The notes beneath the pieces were generated by a model, which did not search any database, was not told the DNA's origin, and saw only the letters and a list, made by a program, of their open reading frames with translations. DNA of 49,249 nucleotides from Steroidobacteraceae bacterium. GTDB lineage: Bacteria > Pseudomonadota > Gammaproteobacteria > Steroidobacterales > Steroidobacteraceae. Position numbers and translations under genes: made by a program. The stretch lies in assembly GCA_035603615.1 (NCBI GenBank), contig DATNKC010000446.1, positions 1 through 49,249 of the forward strand, in the 5' to 3' direction. Shown here piece after piece: positions 26,484 to 36,700 of the stretch; position 1 is the stretch's first letter; each line of letters begins with the position of its first letter.

Positions 26484-28367
26484 TCACGACGTTTCCTGAA
26501 CCGAAAAACTGCACGGCGGCTGGCCTTGTTGGGCGCGCTGCCACATGCTGAGGTAGGCGCTCTCCAGGTGCCTGCGCGTTCGATCGGTGTCGAACAAAGG
26601 GCTGGTCGACCTCGAGTTCCGCAGACGGGTGCGCAATGCAGCGAGGCGATCAGGATCCTCCGCCAGCGCAAGAGCGACACCTTCGTATTCCTGCCAGCTC
26701 GTCGTGATCAGCTCCGTCAAGCCGGCAGCCCTGAGCAAGCTGCCGGCCATGCGCGAGACAAACGAACGACCGGCGTAAGTCACGACCGGCACGCCCGCCC
26801 AAAGTGCATCGCTGGTGGTCGTCGCCCCATTGACCGGCGCCGTATCGAGACACAGGTCGGCGAGCGCAATTCTCGCCACATGATCTGTATTGGAAACGTT
26901 GGACGCGAAAACCAAGCGGGCGGGATCGATGTGGCGGGCCGCCGCTTCCAAGAGCAGGTTCTTTTCGGTCTCCTTTGCGCCCGGTATCACCCACAGCACG
27001 CTGTCGTGCACCGCGGCCAATAAGCGGCACCAAATGTCAAAGAGGGGCGGATTGAATTTGTAGGCATTGTTAAAACAGCACCATACGAAGGCATTTCTCG
27101 GCAGGCCGCAATCGGCCCGAGACGGCACCGCACTCGTGTTCCGCCGACGGTCATTGGGCTGATAGGTTCCTGGCAGATAGACGATCTGTTCGGAATAATG
27201 GACTCTTTCCGGCTTGGGTATCAGGAACTCATCGGCAATCAAGTAGTCCGCATCGTGACCGCCCAGAGTGCCCGGATAGCCCAGGTAGTTAACCTGGATC
27301 GGCGCCGGCCGCCGCGCGAAAATCTCGTGCAGAACACCTCCGGTATAACCCATCAGGTCGACCGCGATATCGACCTCGAGTTCGCGCATCAGCTGCGCGA
27401 TGGCGGCGTCCCGCAGCATGCTCGCGTCGACGAAGCGATCGAATGCCGATTTCACACGCCGCCCCACCTCAGAGTTCTCCGCAGGCCGCAGCGATATCGC
27501 AATTGTCTCGAATTGCTGTCTGTCGTGTTGCTCCCAAAGGTCCATCATCAGATAGGAGGTCGGATGAGCGCGAAAATCTTCGGAAACGTAAGCAATCCGA
27601 ATGCGATCGTGCCGGTAGGGTTCGCCTTGCCACTGCGGCGCCATGTTGGGGCGGCAGCGGGCCGCAAATTGGCGCGCACAGCGCAGTTGCAACTCGCATG
27701 AATCGCTGACAGAAAAAAACACGAATGGAAATGCGGCCGGCTTATCGTCGCGCACGGCCGCTTCAATTTTCTCTTTTTGCGCTTGGTAGTCGCCCCAAAG
27801 ACAGGCATGCAGCTCCGCCCAGAGACGCGCGCCCAGGACGTATTCATAGGTTGGATCGAGGGCGAAGACCCGGCGAAAGCATGCAGCGGCTTCGGCCGGC
27901 CGAGCGAGCTGCGCCAACGCGCGCCCACACAAAAACAAAGTCGTCGGATCGGTCGGCTGCAAATGGACAGCCGCTTCGAGGGCGGCCAGCGCCGCTTGAT
28001 TGAGGGCGCGGTCCAGAAGTATCTTGCCGCGCCCCACCAAGGCGCCAACTACTTGCGGCGAAAATGACAGCGCACGGTCATAGCAATCCAGCGCCTCGTC
28101 GAAGCGGCCCAACTGCGCCAGCGCATCGCCCAAGCTGGCGTGCGCGATCGCCTGTTGGGGCCGCAAGGCGAGCGAACGCCTGATGAGTTCGGCGCCCTCG
28201 GCTGGACGCCGCGTCTGAGTGAGCACGACACCCAGCAAATGCAGGGCGTGGGATTGATTGGGATCGAGGCGCAACACCTCGAGATAGGCCATTTCGGCCT
28301 CCGCGAGGCGTCCGAACCGATGACACTCCACCGCCTGCTTGAGCGGCCGTTCGAGCGCGGACAGCAC
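26484..28367 (-). CDS. TPR-repeat / GT41 (O-GlcNAc-transferase/SPINDLY-like) glycosyltransferase
   Basis: 627 aa with a GTG start, 8 nt after the upstream stop. N-terminal TPRs. The C-terminal part IRIAYVSEDFRAHPTSYLM...VDLMGYTGG...IQVNYLGYPGTLGGHDADYLIADEFLIP...VWCCFNNAYKFNP is typical of the GT41 catalytic region. No signal peptide. Confidence 0.85.
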   Translation of the reverse strand: MLSALERPLKQAVECHRFGRLAEAEMAYLEVLRLDPNQSHALHLLGVVLTQTRRPAEGAELIRRSLALRPQQAIAHASLGDALAQLGRFDEALDCYDRALSFSPQVVGALVGRGKILLDRALNQAALAALEAAVHLQPTDPTTLFLCGRALAQLARPAEAAACFRRVFALDPTYEYVLGARLWAELHACLWGDYQAQKEKIEAAVRDDKPAAFPFVFFSVSDSCELQLRCARQFAARCRPNMAPQWQGEPYRHDRIRIAYVSEDFRAHPTSYLMMDLWEQHDRQQFETIAISLRPAENSEVGRRVKSAFDRFVDASMLRDAAIAQLMRELEVDIAVDLMGYTGGVLHEIFARRPAPIQVNYLGYPGTLGGHDADYLIADEFLIPKPERVHYSEQIVYLPGTYQPNDRRRNTSAVPSRADCGLPRNAFVWCCFNNAYKFNPPLFDIWCRLLAAVHDSVLWVIPGAKETEKNLLLEAAARHIDPARLVFASNVSNTDHVARIALADLCLDTAPVNGATTTSDALWAGVPVVTYAGRSFVSRMAGSLLRAAGLTELITTSWQEYEGVALALAEDPDRLAALRTRLRNSRSTSPLFDTDRTRRHLESAYLSMWQRAQQGQPPCSFSVQETS

Positions 28368-28375
28368 GGCCGGCC

Positions 28376-29026
28376 TTACGGGCCGTTCTTTTTTGCGGCC
28401 CGAAGCGCCAGGGCGCGCGCGCGATATTCGTCCACGAAATTCTCGATCCGCGTGCGCGCGATTTTCGTGAACGGGTCCGCCGTGCCGACCTTGGTGAATA
28501 CGCCAATGTGTTCGTAACGATCGAGAATTTGGCTATTCACTTCGAAAAGCCCGAGGTTATCCTCGGCGCATTTGTCGAAAGCAACGGAACGTTCCTTGAG
28601 GTCATTCTGCAACTTGGCGCGGTCGGCCTCCACTTCCTTGAGATTCATTGCCATCTCGCGAAAGCGCGCCACCAGCTCCGTGGTTCGCTGCTTGAGTTGT
28701 TCGAGACTCTTTTCAGCCGCTTCCTTGCCCGCGGTTAACTGTGCGAATTGGACGCTCGAGCCCCCAGCGCGCGACTTCAACGCGTCGCGCTCCTTTTTTA
28801 CCGCCGCGAGCTCGCCCCTGGCGGTGTCGAGATCGTTCTTCATCTGTGTCGCCTGCGCTTGCAGCGCGGTTTTTTCTGCCGCGAGCTGTTGATATTGCTG
28901 CATGAACTTCTGGGTCTCGTTGCCGCTGCGCTGGGTTTGCGCCTGCGCGCAGGGCATCGCGAAGATCCCGAGGATCAGCGGCATTGCCAGGCGCAAAAAC
29001 ATGTAGCTGGGCCGGCTGTGGTTCAT
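28376..29026 (-). CDS. Periplasmic coiled-coil protein
   Basis: The ATG at 29026 has a GGAGGG RBS; the track start at 29272 would lie inside the porin gene. Signal peptide MNHSRPSYMFLRLAMPLILGIFAMPCAQA. About 130 aa of heptad-like Q/A/E/K-rich sequence, followed by a globular tail. Confidence 0.7.
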   Translation of the reverse strand: MNHSRPSYMFLRLAMPLILGIFAMPCAQAQTQRSGNETQKFMQQYQQLAAEKTALQAQATQMKNDLDTARGELAAVKKERDALKSRAGGSSVQFAQLTAGKEAAEKSLEQLKQRTTELVARFREMAMNLKEVEADRAKLQNDLKERSVAFDKCAEDNLGLFEVNSQILDRYEHIGVFTKVGTADPFTKIARTRIENFVDEYRARALALRAAKKNGP

Positions 29027-29037
29027 TGTCGTCCCTC

Positions 29038-30657
29038 CTAGAAGCGGGTGCTTACGTCGAATTGCAAGGTATCGACGCCGAATCGCGGACCGTCGACTTC
29101 GTTGGCACTCAAATAGCGCAGGCGCAGCCACACGTGATTGGCGACGCCGTAATCGCCCACGAAGTAATAACCCCTGGCATTGGTCCCGCCGAAGTAATGA
29201 AAGTCCGAATCGGTGTATCCGTCGATCACGGCGTCGTTCTGCAAGTAGCGATAACCGATGAGCGCACGCCAATTGCCTGGGATCAATACCGTGGGATCGC
29301 CGAAACTAATCTCCCCCTGATAACCGGTCGTTCCCGGTGTGACGTAGAAGCCCGTATTGGCCTCAACCTGCGCCTCGTGGAAACCGAAATTTCTGACCGC
29401 GTCCGCCGTGACCTTCAGCAGGTACTTGCCGACGCCGAGGCTATAGGTGGCATTCACGTTCGCGAGACGGAATTTGGACGCCAGTGCGAACAGATTCGTG
29501 GTCGGATCGGCCAAATTCGCGATATCGAACACCGTGTTGCCATAGCGCATAAACGTGGGTGCCGTATAGTCGAAAAGACCAGGGCTGCCAGGCGGGTTCA
29601 AGCGCCCCGTGACATTGAAGTAATCATAGAACGCGCCGGTGAAGCGCAGGCGCTGCGCCTCCCCCCAGCGGAAATTGGTTCCCAGTTCCGCGGCGACCAG
29701 CCACTTGTCCTGCGGGGAAAATTCCACATCCTGCAAGGGATGCGCGCCAACCGTGAAAAACATCTGCGATTGCTCGGGACTGCCATCCCCCAAGCCGAGG
29801 CGCGCTGTGGTGGCGAGACCGGTGAAGGTCAAGTCTTTGTGGAATATCAAATCGGTGGGCGTCTCGTATGGATTCAAAAATCGGCCGCCGACCACGGTCA
29901 ACCACGGAAATTTCTGTTCGTTGCGTTCGTCCAATCGAATATAAAGCTCATCGAGCCCGAATTGATACGGCGCGGTTCCGTCGACCGTCTGCGTTTCGGA
30001 CACCAGATCGGTGGTGTTGCCCGTGACCAGGCGCATCCCCGCCGTGATGGAATCGCTGAGATCCGATTCCACGCCGAGGCGCGCGCGGCCGCGAAAGCGA
30101 ACGCGTGTCTCGTCGTCGTCCAAAAAGGCGTTCTGACCGGCCTTGGCGATCGAGCCGGCCTGATTGATCTGGTAGTAGTTGAAAAACTGGTCGTGCGCGT
30201 TCGTGCCGTCGTAGAACAAGCCTTCCTCGCGCAGCGTTAATTCACCCGAAATGCGCGTTCGCGTCAGCCATTCGGGGAGCGCGCCCGGTACACCCCATTT
30301 TTCCGTTTTCGCTTCGTTGAGGACATCCGCGACCACGCCGGGTTTGACCTCGTCGGCCACTTGCTTCGCGATCTCATCTTTGACGATTTGCGGTACGTAG
30401 GGCACGCGCACGGCGCCCTCGTCCGCTTTGGCCACTGCGGCGGCATCCGCGGCGGCTTTGTCCTGCGCGGCCTTGACCATTTGAGCGGCCTTTTCGCGCG
30501 TGATGACTCCTTGATCGACCAGGACCTGCAGCAAATTGACGACGGTGTTGCGCAGTTCCTCGAGCGATTGGCGCTCGTCCGCGCGGCACGCGATTGCGGG
30601 CGCCAACGTGATCGCCAATGAGGCGAGCGCAGCCCGCAATACTTTCCCGTTGAACAT
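29038..30657 (-). CDS. Porin-like outer-membrane beta-barrel with N-terminal helical periplasmic extension ('putative porin' family type)
   Basis: 539 aa with a GGAGGGAG RBS and a signal peptide. About 100 aa of Ala/Lys/Asp-rich helical region (VDQGVITREKAAQMVKAAQDKAAADAAAVAKADEG). After that come alternating beta-strands ending in ...FDVSTRF with a terminal aromatic residue. Confidence 0.8.
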   Translation of the reverse strand: MFNGKVLRAALASLAITLAPAIACRADERQSLEELRNTVVNLLQVLVDQGVITREKAAQMVKAAQDKAAADAAAVAKADEGAVRVPYVPQIVKDEIAKQVADEVKPGVVADVLNEAKTEKWGVPGALPEWLTRTRISGELTLREEGLFYDGTNAHDQFFNYYQINQAGSIAKAGQNAFLDDDETRVRFRGRARLGVESDLSDSITAGMRLVTGNTTDLVSETQTVDGTAPYQFGLDELYIRLDERNEQKFPWLTVVGGRFLNPYETPTDLIFHKDLTFTGLATTARLGLGDGSPEQSQMFFTVGAHPLQDVEFSPQDKWLVAAELGTNFRWGEAQRLRFTGAFYDYFNVTGRLNPPGSPGLFDYTAPTFMRYGNTVFDIANLADPTTNLFALASKFRLANVNATYSLGVGKYLLKVTADAVRNFGFHEAQVEANTGFYVTPGTTGYQGEISFGDPTVLIPGNWRALIGYRYLQNDAVIDGYTDSDFHYFGGTNARGYYFVGDYGVANHVWLRLRYLSANEVDGPRFGVDTLQFDVSTRF

Positions 30658-30703
30658 GATAGAAACTCCCTCCGGGCTTTTTTTGAATCGGAAACGAAAA
30701 TTT

Positions 30704-31351
30704 TCAGAAGACGACGCGCAGATTCACTTGCTCCGGCATGCCCGGCGGCGGCGCATCCCCCACGGTCGTAATCGACGCCAATACCTTGTCGACGCACTCA
30801 TCGACCCGTGCATTGCCGGTGCTCGTCGTTAATTGGATCTGCTTCACACGGCCATCGGCGGCCACCACGACACGAGTAGACACCGAGCCCTTGGCGGACT
30901 TGGTGCAGGGCGCGGCGGTCAATTTTTCCTTGATGGCATCGCGCATTCGATTGGTGTACCAGGCAAATGGCGCCGTACCGCTGCCGCCGATCAGATCGCT
31001 GCCGCCGCGGCGAGCGGCGAGTCCGAACGCGTCTCCACCGGCGCTGCCGTCTGCGTCGATCCCGAGCGGCTGATCCGGCGCCTGATCGGGCTGCTGCTCC
31101 GGAGTCGGATCCGGCACGTCCTTGGGCAAGGGCTCCTGGGTCTTCTCGGGCGGCGGAGGCGGCGGCTGATCGGGCGGTGGTGGTGGTGGCGGGCGAATAA
31201 TTTGTACCGATTGCACCAGCCGCTGAGGTTTCGAAGTCTTGAGCGACATCATCGTGTTGACGAACCAGACGAAACCCGCGATCAGCGCAATTGCGATCAC
31301 ACCTCCGCCGATGCGCGAAACCAGGCGACGCTGGGCTCCCTTGTCGGCCAC
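30704..31351 (-). CDS. tonB: TonB-family energy transducer
   Basis: 215 aa with a GTG start. N-terminal TM anchor and a poly-proline spacer (RPPPPPPPDQPPPPPPEKTQEPLPKDVPDP). C-terminal TonB-like domain (GSVSTRVVVAADGRVKQIQLTTSTGNARVDECV). Confidence 0.85.
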   Translation of the reverse strand: MADKGAQRRLVSRIGGGVIAIALIAGFVWFVNTMMSLKTSKPQRLVQSVQIIRPPPPPPPDQPPPPPPEKTQEPLPKDVPDPTPEQQPDQAPDQPLGIDADGSAGGDAFGLAARRGGSDLIGGSGTAPFAWYTNRMRDAIKEKLTAAPCTKSAKGSVSTRVVVAADGRVKQIQLTTSTGNARVDECVDKVLASITTVGDAPPPGMPEQVNLRVVF

Positions 31352-31360
31352 GCGAGCCCG

Positions 31361-31774
31361 CTACTTACTGAGCCGCTGGGTCACTAACCCAAGTTGATTG
31401 ATCTCGAGCCGTCCAACGACGTCGAGTACGTCGATCACGCGCTGATACGCGATCGTGGAATCGGCCTTGACGACCACCGGCAGGTTCGGATTGGCCGCCT
31501 TGGCGTTGCGCAGTAGATTCTCGAGTTCCGGGAGACTGACCGGGTAGGTGTCCAAGTACATCGTCCCGTCCGCGGTCAGGGTGATCGCTTTGGTCTGTGG
31601 TTTTGCAAGCGATGGCGTGTCGCTGGCTTTCGGTAAGTTGACCTTGATGCCCTGCACGGACGCGGTGGTCATGATGATGAAGATCACCATCAGCACATAG
31701 GCGAGATCGAGCATGGGGGTGATGTTGATATCGTCGTAGACATCCTTTTCGCCGCTATCAATGGATCCGGACAC
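31361..31774 (-). CDS. exbD: ExbD/TolR-family biopolymer transport protein
   Basis: 137 aa starting at GTG 31774, with GAGG 8 nt upstream and 10 nt after the ExbB stop. DDINITPMLDLAYVLMVIFIIM TM region plus a periplasmic domain. The track start at 31966 lies inside the upstream gene. Confidence 0.9.
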   Translation of the reverse strand: MSGSIDSGEKDVYDDINITPMLDLAYVLMVIFIIMTTASVQGIKVNLPKASDTPSLAKPQTKAITLTADGTMYLDTYPVSLPELENLLRNAKAANPNLPVVVKADSTIAYQRVIDVLDVVGRLEINQLGLVTQRLSK

Positions 31775-31784
31775 GGTCGCGGCC

Positions 31785-33605
31785 TCAGCTGTACTGCTCT
31801 GCAACGCGCGTGACGAACTCGTCCACGAAAACGCGGTTGTCCGCCGTGATCGCCTTGATACGCGTGTTGAGCCAGTTGTAGCCAAACAAAGAAGGAATCG
31901 CGACCGCAAGACCCGCGACAGTCGCGGCCAAAGCCGCCGCGGTGCCCGGCGCAATGGCATTGACATTCACATCGCCTGAAAGCGCAATGGCCGCGAAGGT
32001 GATCATCACGCCGATGACAGTGCCGAGCAGGCCTAGAAACGGGCCGCCCGAAATCGCAATGGTCAATAGCACCATCTGACTCGAGAGAGTTTGCTGCAAA
32101 CGGGTCATCGATGAATCCATCGCGGCGCGAATGGCGTCCATCGATTGCGGCGACAGCGTCTTGACTCGTTGTGCGCTCACGGTTTGGCCGCCAATGCGTT
32201 TGTTCAGCTCGAACACACCATGGTGATAGAGCCGGTAGAGCGTCGATGCGCCATATTTGTTCTGATCCTTCGCAAGCTCGGCCATCGAAGGGGCGGCGGC
32301 GATGAGATCCTGCTCTTCCGACGAGGTGGACGGCTTGTCGAGCACGGTAGGATCACCGCTCAGGCGGCGAAACTCCCGCAGAAAGCGCGCGTTGGCGCGT
32401 TCGACACGCGCCAGGAAAATGGCTTTGAACACCATGATGAGCAGGGAGACCGCGAGCATCGCCATGCAAATGCCGATCACCACCCAGCCGTCGATGGTCA
32501 GGTTTTTCGCGATGGTGCCGAAGTAAGACGCTTGACTGCCGCCTTCTTTCTGCCCATCCGGTCCGTAGACGACCAGATTGGCATCCATGCCCTGAGCGCG
32601 CGCCGATGCCTTGATCCAATCCGCCGATCGCACGACCTTGGATACCTCGACTTCGTCGAGGTCGCCCGTCAAGAACGCCTTTCCGTCCGCGGACCCGATC
32701 CTGAGGGTGCCTCCCAACTCGGCCAAGGTGATCGGGGCACTTGCCGTGGCGAGCCCATCGACATAGAGCGTGAGTTTGCCGCTGCCGACGGTCAGTGCGA
32801 CATGGTGCCACTGATTCAACGATAGATCGGTCGGCTGCGTCGCTGTGGCAGGTGCGCCGTCAAGAGCCGCACGCGCGACCATTTTCGATCCGTCGATGGA
32901 CAGTTCGACGAACTTGCCCTGATCGGCCAATGCAAGGATGGTGGCCTGCTGCGCTTTCTCGATCCTCAGCCACGCTGACATTGTCAAACCTTGGTTGGGA
33001 AGCAGCCGCAGGGATGCGCTGGCCGGCACCGCAATGGTTTCCTTGCCGGAAAACTTGGCGCCGCCACCGATCAGCGAGGCCGGCGTCAAGCCGGCGTTGG
33101 ATGCGGATGGGTTGTTCTTATAGGCCGTTAAGTCCTGTGGAGTGCCGCTGCTCTCCGACATCGGTAGGACCAAAACTTGCGCGGCGTCGTACGTGCCGGG
33201 CGCATCCGCCGCGTTGGGTGCGTCGGCGTTGCCATAGTAGGCGTAAATCTTATCGCTCTTCGAACCGCCGGTGATTTGCGGCACACGCACCCACAACAGA
33301 GCCATCTGGTTTTGGACGTCGTACTTCTCGAAGTGAAACTTAAGTGGCGTCTTGTCATCGCCCGCGACGATGCGGAAATCAGAGCCATCCGGCTTGGTGT
33401 CGTTGAAGTAGCTGAAGTTGGCCAATGAAAGACGAATCAATACCGGAACGTCGAGCGGCGTGCCGGCGACATCGGCGCCGGTCGCAGACAAATCCAGGCT
33501 GATCTCTTTGCGATATTTCCAATCGTTGTTCCACCATGTTGCGGCGAGCGCCGCCATGGGAATAAGCGTCGCAGCGACGGCGATCAATGCGGCCAAACGC
33601 TTCAT
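31785..33605 (-). CDS. exbB: DUF2341 / LamG-like / MotA-TolQ-ExbB proton-channel fusion protein
   Basis: 606 aa with a signal peptide. The WWNNDWKYRKEISL hallmark of DUF2341 is present, as is the concanavalin/LamG-type segment (LTMSAWLRIE...WHHVALTVGSGKLTLYVDG...GDLDEVEV). The C-terminal third has three TM helices, including the conserved ExbB GGPFLGLLGTVIGV segment. Confidence 0.9.
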   Translation of the reverse strand: MKRLAALIAVAATLIPMAALAATWWNNDWKYRKEISLDLSATGADVAGTPLDVPVLIRLSLANFSYFNDTKPDGSDFRIVAGDDKTPLKFHFEKYDVQNQMALLWVRVPQITGGSKSDKIYAYYGNADAPNAADAPGTYDAAQVLVLPMSESSGTPQDLTAYKNNPSASNAGLTPASLIGGGAKFSGKETIAVPASASLRLLPNQGLTMSAWLRIEKAQQATILALADQGKFVELSIDGSKMVARAALDGAPATATQPTDLSLNQWHHVALTVGSGKLTLYVDGLATASAPITLAELGGTLRIGSADGKAFLTGDLDEVEVSKVVRSADWIKASARAQGMDANLVVYGPDGQKEGGSQASYFGTIAKNLTIDGWVVIGICMAMLAVSLLIMVFKAIFLARVERANARFLREFRRLSGDPTVLDKPSTSSEEQDLIAAAPSMAELAKDQNKYGASTLYRLYHHGVFELNKRIGGQTVSAQRVKTLSPQSMDAIRAAMDSSMTRLQQTLSSQMVLLTIAISGGPFLGLLGTVIGVMITFAAIALSGDVNVNAIAPGTAAALAATVAGLAVAIPSLFGYNWLNTRIKAITADNRVFVDEFVTRVAEQYS

Positions 33606-33708
33606 CAGACCGCAGTCCTTTCGAGGGAGATTTCTTCCAGCATCGCATCATTGTCGATGCGTCCCGTGATGGTTGTGTTACAGCTGCTACGAGTTTTTTG
33701 CCGGAACT

Positions 33709-36700
33709 TTAGGGCGCCGCTGATCTCTGGCGCTTCAAGCATTCAATGTCGTCTTGCTTGCAATTTTCTTCGCCCAATCCCGTGACGAACACATCGAGCC
33801 AACTCAATGCGGCCTGCGCCAAGGGAACGGTTTCCTTGGCTGCGTTTGTCTCGGCAACGGATGAAGTGCTGCTGGTGGTAGCGCCGGCTGCGACCGCCGA
33901 GACGCCGGACAAGCTCGCGCTCAGATTGCTCAGGTCCGACGGCACGCCGGTCGCGGTTCCGCCGAAGTTGATGTTGTCCACGCCGATCACGTGCGCCGCG
34001 GCGATATTGATGTTTCCCGCGGCGCCGATGCCTGCATCGCCGGCATCCACCGTGCCGACCGGGGCATCGAGATCCACATCGCCCGCCGGTATGCTGGGAT
34101 TCGTTTGTATGGTTCGAATCCCCGAGCCTGTCGCCAGAGAACCGGCAAAGTTCAGGGTGACCACGCCTTGCTGATTCACGGAAACGGTGGGCGGCGGCAC
34201 TGACAGCGACGACTTGGAACCGTTGCCGGCATCGATGCTGCCTTCATCCGACCAGATGAGAATATTGCCGCCGCCCAGCGTGAAGACGCGGGACTGATTC
34301 ACATTCACATCGCCTTGCGTATAGATATCCACGTTGCCCGCTCCCTGCGCGACGATGCCGAGGCTGGATGCCGGTTTCGCGACGACGGTGGGCGGAGGAT
34401 TCGCGAGTCCGACATCGACCTCTCCTCCCGGGACCAGGATCGAGATGTTGCCGCCGCTGTCGGTATAGATGCGGCTCGTGGTCAAGGTCAGATTTCCCGC
34501 GTAGGGCGAAGCTGTAGTGCTCGAGCGGCTGCCGGGGAACAGTGCATCGATGGCGTTGTAGCCTTGCTGGAAGCCAACGCCGGTTCCCGAATTCGCGGCG
34601 CGGCCGGAAAGCAGCAGCTCGTTGAAGAACACGTTGTCGACCAAAGCGGTCTGCTGACTACTCGAAAGACCCGCGAATTGAGATTCGGCCTGCGCAAAAG
34701 TCAGTCCCGAGGTGCCTTCGAGCGATTCTACGTAGCCGGTGAGCTGCGCCTGATAGGCGGTGGACGGCGCAATGATTTGATTCACGAATCCCGAGAGATC
34801 GGCGCCTTGCGTGCCGTAGCCGACCAGCACGTTCGCATTGGCGCCCTGCGATGTCGGCAAATTTGCATTGACCAGATTTCCCAGGGTCACCAGGCCATTG
34901 CCGAACCCGAAGTTGAGGTTGCGGCCGGTGAGCACATCGATGCTGCCGGGACCGCTCAATTGAATGCCCTGGTTCGATCCGCTTCCCGCGCTCGTGAGGT
35001 CGCGGCCCGCCGAGATCAGCGTGATGTCGCTCGCGGAAGTGTTTTGGCCGGCGTAGTTAAGATTGACGATGTCGCGGCCGGCCACGATGTCCGCGGCCTT
35101 GGGAATGGAAAAGCCCACGCCGACGATGTCGCGACCCGCGGTGATGAGAGCGGGGATCGGGTCTCCCGAGTGTATTACGCCCTGGAACGGCACGATCACG
35201 CTTCCCAGGAGCGACGGGTCGGCCGCGGTTGGGATAGTCGATAGAAATGCGTCCGAGAGAGTAATTTGATTGTTGCTGCCGGTCGTGCCCGCCGCTATAT
35301 CTTGCGCGGCGAACAGCGAGAGCTGGCCATCGCTGGCTGGGGCAAGATTGGGTCCGCCACTGACGATGATATCGCCTTGCAGCGCTTGCACCCCTAGGTT
35401 GGGAGGCGCCACCAACAGGGACGTAACGCCGCCGCGGACCACTTCGGCCGTGCCCAATAATGTTCCCATCGGTCCGTTGGTCGAGGGGTTGAGCTCGATC
35501 GTCACTGCGCCGCTCGTGCTCGAGAGGTTGACTGCGGCCGCGGGTCCGTAAGTCAAAAATCCCCCGAGCAGCGTTGAGTCCAACGCTCCGTTGACCTGAG
35601 CTACCAGTGTTGGATTGTAGATCGCATCGATCTGCACGCCGTTGCGCGCCCAAACGGAAATCTGCGAGTTGTCCAATGCAATCGACGAACCGACCGGCAA
35701 ACCGCCGGTCGCGCCGATTCGCGTCGAAGTTCTTATCGGGATAAGGCCGCCGCCCGCGATGACAGTCCCCACACCGTCCGCAACGAAAAGTTGTGCGCTG
35801 CCGATATCGCCGCCCGCAGTAATCGATAAACCGCCGCCGGCACCATACATGGCTGCGTTGCCATCCAGCGTATTGGCGCCGGAGACCAAGCTGTCGGCGG
35901 TCGCCGCGGAAAGGTTCGTGACATTCGATCCGGCCGTCACGGTCACATCGCCGCCACCGAGCGCACCCACATTCCAGTCGAATGCGCCGTAATCGATCCC
36001 ATATTGCGCGGGAATACCGGCAGAGCCCTGGTGCAGCTGCCAGCCGCTTACGCTGTAATTCCCACCGTCGCTTTTGGAGAATGAAACGCCCACCGGGGAT
36101 CCCACCACGTCACCGCCGGCACTGACCCGGACGTTTCCGCCGTTGCTGCCGAAATTCTGAATCAACGCACCGTTGTCGAACGATACCGGTCCGAGCACGT
36201 TGGCCGGCGCATATCCTGCGGTATACACCGCGGCTCCGCCTCCGCCGGCCGCCGCAAACACCACATCGCCCGCGGCGGCCAGATTGATATCCCCGGTACC
36301 GGTGCGCACCACCGAAGGACCGACGCCGTCGGTACTGCCATCCGCCGCTCGGGTCGAGGACATGAGCGTCAGATTCGCGGAGCTGCCTCTGAGCACCGAC
36401 AGCGCATTGGCGCTGCTCACATCGGCCCCGGCCACGAAACTAAATGATGCCGAAGGCAGACTGCTGAGCGCCAGCAGATTGGTATTGCCCGTCGGGTCAG
36501 TTATGAAGCCGTCAGAGAAAGTGCCATTGATATTGATCGAACCTGCCGCGCGCACCGATACATTGATGACCTGCGGTGCCTGCGACGAACCATAGTAGGC
36601 AGGATCGCTGTAGGTGCTCAGGTCCGTCAAACCTTGCAACGTCAGCGCCTCAATATTCGCATCCTGCAATTCGACTCCGGCCTGCACCGAGAGGGGCGTG

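Noticed and set aside
28984-30240. 418-aa plus-strand ORF opposite the porin-like gene
   Set aside because: It is antisense to a CDS that has a strong RBS, a signal peptide and beta-barrel periodicity. Its own sequence is Arg/Gly/Ile-rich junk.
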